Below, piece by piece: positions 48,908 through 51,619 of a stretch of 51,619 nt of DNA. The notes beneath the pieces are model-generated. The model worked only from the letters and a program-made list of their open reading frames with translations. It was not told the DNA's origin and searched no databases. How positions within the stretch are numbered: position 1 is the stretch's first letter; every line of letters starts with the position of its first letter. The DNA is from a virus (taxonomy: Duplodnaviria > Caudoviricetes): the IMG/VR virus record IMGVR_UViG_3300035397_000123, positions 1-51,619 of that record; one strand, written 5' to 3'. The position numbers and the translations under genes are program-made.

Positions 48908-49150
48908 GTGAAATTACTTAAAAAATGCCTTGAGTGGTATCTACTTCCAGAAAATAGAGCCGGTGGATGCCTTCATATTATCCTCGATGATGGCAATGTA
49001 GACAATGACGATCTTTTATTTTGCCTCAATAACACAAAGGACGAAAAAGCCATCGACATCCTTGAAGGACTTCAAAAACTCCATGTAAGTAAAAGAAAAT
49101 GGGTGGTGCAAAATATTCACAACAACCTAACACGGGAAGGCCAATCATGA
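48908..49150 (+). CDS. hypothetical protein
   Basis: AAGGAAGG RBS; AGGCLHIILDDGNVD motif. Confidence 0.65.
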   Translation: MKLLKKCLEWYLLPENRAGGCLHIILDDGNVDNDDLLFCLNNTKDEKAIDILEGLQKLHVSKRKWVVQNIHNNLTREGQS

Positions 49151-49569
49151 AAATAACCACCTCTAAAACATCCATCCTTAAAGAAAAAGGATTCCCAGGT
49201 CTCTATATCCCAGATGAATGCAGATGCTCATTCGATGATGTCGCACTTTGTGGGGAGGAGAATGTTCCATGCAAACAGGGGCACCTCTGGAAGGACGGAT
49301 GGGTATCCGGTAACAAACAGGCTGCCGATCCCAATACCTACCCAGACACCACATATTATGAAAACATCGTCTTCGGTAACGAGGAATCCTTCTGCAACAC
49401 CTTTATCAAAAAACCCATCATGTATGGCCTCACTAATATTTGGTTTAACTCAAACTCAGTCAAATTCAACTTCGTCCTCGATACCAAAAAAGACACAGGA
49501 CAACACTGCTCCTACGAAATCACCAAAGACGAACTCCTGGAATGGGCAAAGAACCACCCCTCCCCGTAA
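49147..49569 (+). CDS. hypothetical protein
   Basis: ATGA coupling; GFPGLY...ECRC. Confidence 0.6.
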   Translation: MKITTSKTSILKEKGFPGLYIPDECRCSFDDVALCGEENVPCKQGHLWKDGWVSGNKQAADPNTYPDTTYYENIVFGNEESFCNTFIKKPIMYGLTNIWFNSNSVKFNFVLDTKKDTGQHCSYEITKDELLEWAKNHPSP

Positions 49570-50313
49570 ACGAAATTTTTTACACCTTTCCACCATCCTC
49601 ATCACACAAACACCACCCCTTTTTACAACATTCTGTCAACTTTTACCAAAAATCATGGCACAAATCGTTCGTGTAACATTTTGTAAACATTTTACCCTCT
49701 TTGGGGACTTGTTGAGTGCCAAAAATGGGGTATTGGTAGGTGTTTTTGATGTTTGGGGAATTTGGCCAGGAAGATTATAGGGGTACTTACTTACAGTTTA
49801 GTGGGTCAGACGGGGGGAGTACCCCTTGGGATAGGGGGAGGGGGTATCCTCTCTTTAAGATTTAACATCCTAAGAGTTATGAGGAATAATTATATTATAT
49901 TCCGCTCTCTGAGCGGGGGAGAGTGTGCAAGCTCCTGTAAGTGGACTTATGACGAATGCAACCCACCAATGCACCGAATCCATGCGCTTCAATACCTCAC
50001 CACAGCCATATTCGTGCCGCCTTATACCGCATCCATGCAGCACAACAGGGGTTTATTGCTTCCTTATGATCACATTCAGTATTCCACTCTGGCCGTCCCC
50101 ATTCTCATATATTCAAATCTGCTTAAAATTATCAGTTCAATTTCAACCAAAAGCAGTAACACCATAGAAAACAACCACCTATATAAATCAATGAGTTATG
50201 AAAAACACTCCCGTGCTGATACTTTTTCCATCTGCTTAAAAATAAACTGTCTAAATATGAAAAAACCCCACAAAATGCGGGGTAAAAATCAACAACTTAC
50301 AAGTATTCAGGGT
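49570..50313. other. non-coding region, candidate packaging initiation site / genome terminus
   Basis: Convergent gap next to the TerS-like gene; G tracts at ~49810-49845; IHF-consensus sites at 50186-50198 and 50287-50299. Confidence 0.45.
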
Positions 50314-51168
50314 TTAAAATTGCACTTCGGCCAGTTCTGATATATCCTTCTGCATCAATTCCCGTAAATCGACCTTGATATTTTGGTTTATAACGATACT
50401 ATTTATAGTCTCTTTTCGCTTGTCGTTGAGGTGTCCCCGCTCAGTTGTCCGCGCTCGAAGCATGGCCGCTTCGTATTGGCTTTTCAGGTAGGTTATACCA
50501 GCTGCCGTGAGCACTTTGTGCTGTTCTTTAACCCCGTTTTCGCTTGTAACCTGTTGAATTGTAAACAGTTCAGGGGGGAGGGAAAAAATGCCCGATTTCA
50601 GGTATTCCTGGGCGTTCTCGGCAATTATGCCCGCTTTTATTTGTTGGGATTGTCGCCAAATAGAACCAACCTGCGCCACATTATTCACCATTTCGTACCA
50701 AGTTTGAAGGGCTGTTATATCATTTACCTTTGTATTTAGTGGTGTTATTGGGGAGTTAATAGCTTGGCCTTCCCGTATTTGGCTTATTTCGCTATTTTCA
50801 GGGGCTTTAATCGTCTCCAGGAGGGTTTTATCCTCCAATAGATACCGCTCGATTACTGAGGCAACCCATTTAATGGTATATCCTCTACTTAGATATCGCT
50901 CAGGGATGATTTTATCTGTATAGATAGAGCCGCCGATTGTGGCCGTCCCGAATCTGACTATTTCCCCCTTTTGTTCAGCCGCTACAATCTCATCCGGTTT
51001 TACTGCAGTCGTTTTGTTTATTACCTTCCGACTATTTGCAGTCGCTTTTTTAATTACCTTTTTCTTAATATTTTTGGCAGTGGCTTTTTTCCTTTGCACT
51101 GTTTTCTTTTTGGTTACTGCTGCTGGTGTTTGTGTATCTGTTGATGTTTCTTTTTTTTGCCGTCCCAT
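50314..51168 (-). CDS. terminase small subunit-like protein
   Basis: Basic MGRQKK N-terminus, HTH-like core, W...QQIKAGIIAENA oligomerisation-helix pattern, C-terminal INQNIKVDL strand. Confidence 0.55.
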   Translation of the reverse strand: MGRQKKETSTDTQTPAAVTKKKTVQRKKATAKNIKKKVIKKATANSRKVINKTTAVKPDEIVAAEQKGEIVRFGTATIGGSIYTDKIIPERYLSRGYTIKWVASVIERYLLEDKTLLETIKAPENSEISQIREGQAINSPITPLNTKVNDITALQTWYEMVNNVAQVGSIWRQSQQIKAGIIAENAQEYLKSGIFSLPPELFTIQQVTSENGVKEQHKVLTAAGITYLKSQYEAAMLRARTTERGHLNDKRKETINSIVINQNIKVDLRELMQKDISELAEVQF

Positions 51169-51448
51169 TTTAACCCCTTTAAATAGTGTTTTGGGTAATA
51201 TTGCCCACAACTAAATATAACTCTTTTTATTTACCCGTTGACCGTTTTATATTATTTTTTGGTCTACATCCAGGAAACACAATTATAAGCCATTGATTTA
51301 TATATACTTACATAGTCAACACCAAAAATATATTGGTCTACGGTTTGATGTAATAGTAGTAGATAATTGAGGTGGGGCGGTTTGTTTTTGTGTATATTTA
51401 TATATATAAAGATCTGAGAGTGAAACAAATTTACAAGGAGGCCTTAAA

Positions 51449-51619
51449 ATGGTGTACAATGAAAATTTCTGGGACGGTTGCTTTTTATCTTATGATGAGT
51501 GCAAAACAGACAAGTACAACGCTGAGGAGATTTTTATACTTGTTGTTGATTGCACCCATGATCTTAAAAACAAAGAAAAGCACACAAGCACTCTCGTGTC
51601 AATGGTTGGACACATGAAA
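51449..51619 (+). CDS. hypothetical protein running off the window end
   Basis: AGGAGG RBS then ATG 51449; open to the end and in frame with positions 1-72 if the sequence is circular. Confidence 0.45.
   Translation, partial: MVYNENFWDGCFLSYDECKTDKYNAEEIFILVVDCTHDLKNKEKHTSTLVSMVGHMK

Noticed and set aside
49753-50340. 195-aa plus-strand ORF (also 49214..49780)
   Set aside because: No RBS, TTG start or alternate-frame overlap, no recognisable motifs; lies in a probable regulatory/packaging region.
1-51619. Genome-wide stop-codon reassignment
   Set aside because: All large genes are intact in the standard code, TAG and TGA end genes normally, and the tRNA anticodon is TTG, not a suppressor.
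1-51619. CRISPR array, diversity-generating retroelement, integrase or transposase
   Set aside because: No regularly spaced repeat-spacer units, no reverse transcriptase or template/variable repeat pair, and no recombinase motifs seen.

Overview
The window looks like a complete or nearly complete ~51.6 kb genome of an uncharacterised tailed dsDNA phage with podovirus-like architecture. I see no tape measure, tail sheath or integrase gene. The minus strand from 1 to 8.4 kb carries replication and recombination genes: DUF1367/NinB-like, a stand-alone CHC2 zinc finger, DnaB helicase, an initiator-like protein, tRNA-Gln(UUG), MazG-like, HTH regulators, SSB, ERF and a RecE-like exonuclease. A lone plus-strand initiator-like gene with iteron-like repeats sits at ~8.9 kb. 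The minus strand from 9.1 to 44.2 kb is the late region: a glycosyltransferase/TupA-type ATP-grasp fusion, TerL, P22-like portal, scaffold, major capsid, tail adaptor/stabilisation proteins, two tail fibres, holin-like and class-3 lipase genes, ejection proteins, a 2878-aa polyvalent protein and an amidase endolysin. A plus-strand island of small genes (44.3-49.6 kb), a non-coding putative packaging region and a TerS-like gene end the window. The most unusual signals are five. (1) The octamer GGGA(A/C)GGC occurs about 45 times by my manual count, against roughly 1 expected. (2) The giant, probably injected protein carries an intact GGDEF motif plus ART-like and JAB/RadC domains. (3) A GT-ATP-grasp fusion heads the packaging operon. 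(4) Several structured non-coding RNAs are present, one of them complementary to the DnaB leader. (5) TerL appears to carry a duplicated nuclease domain. All family assignments come from motif recognition by eye, not from database searches.
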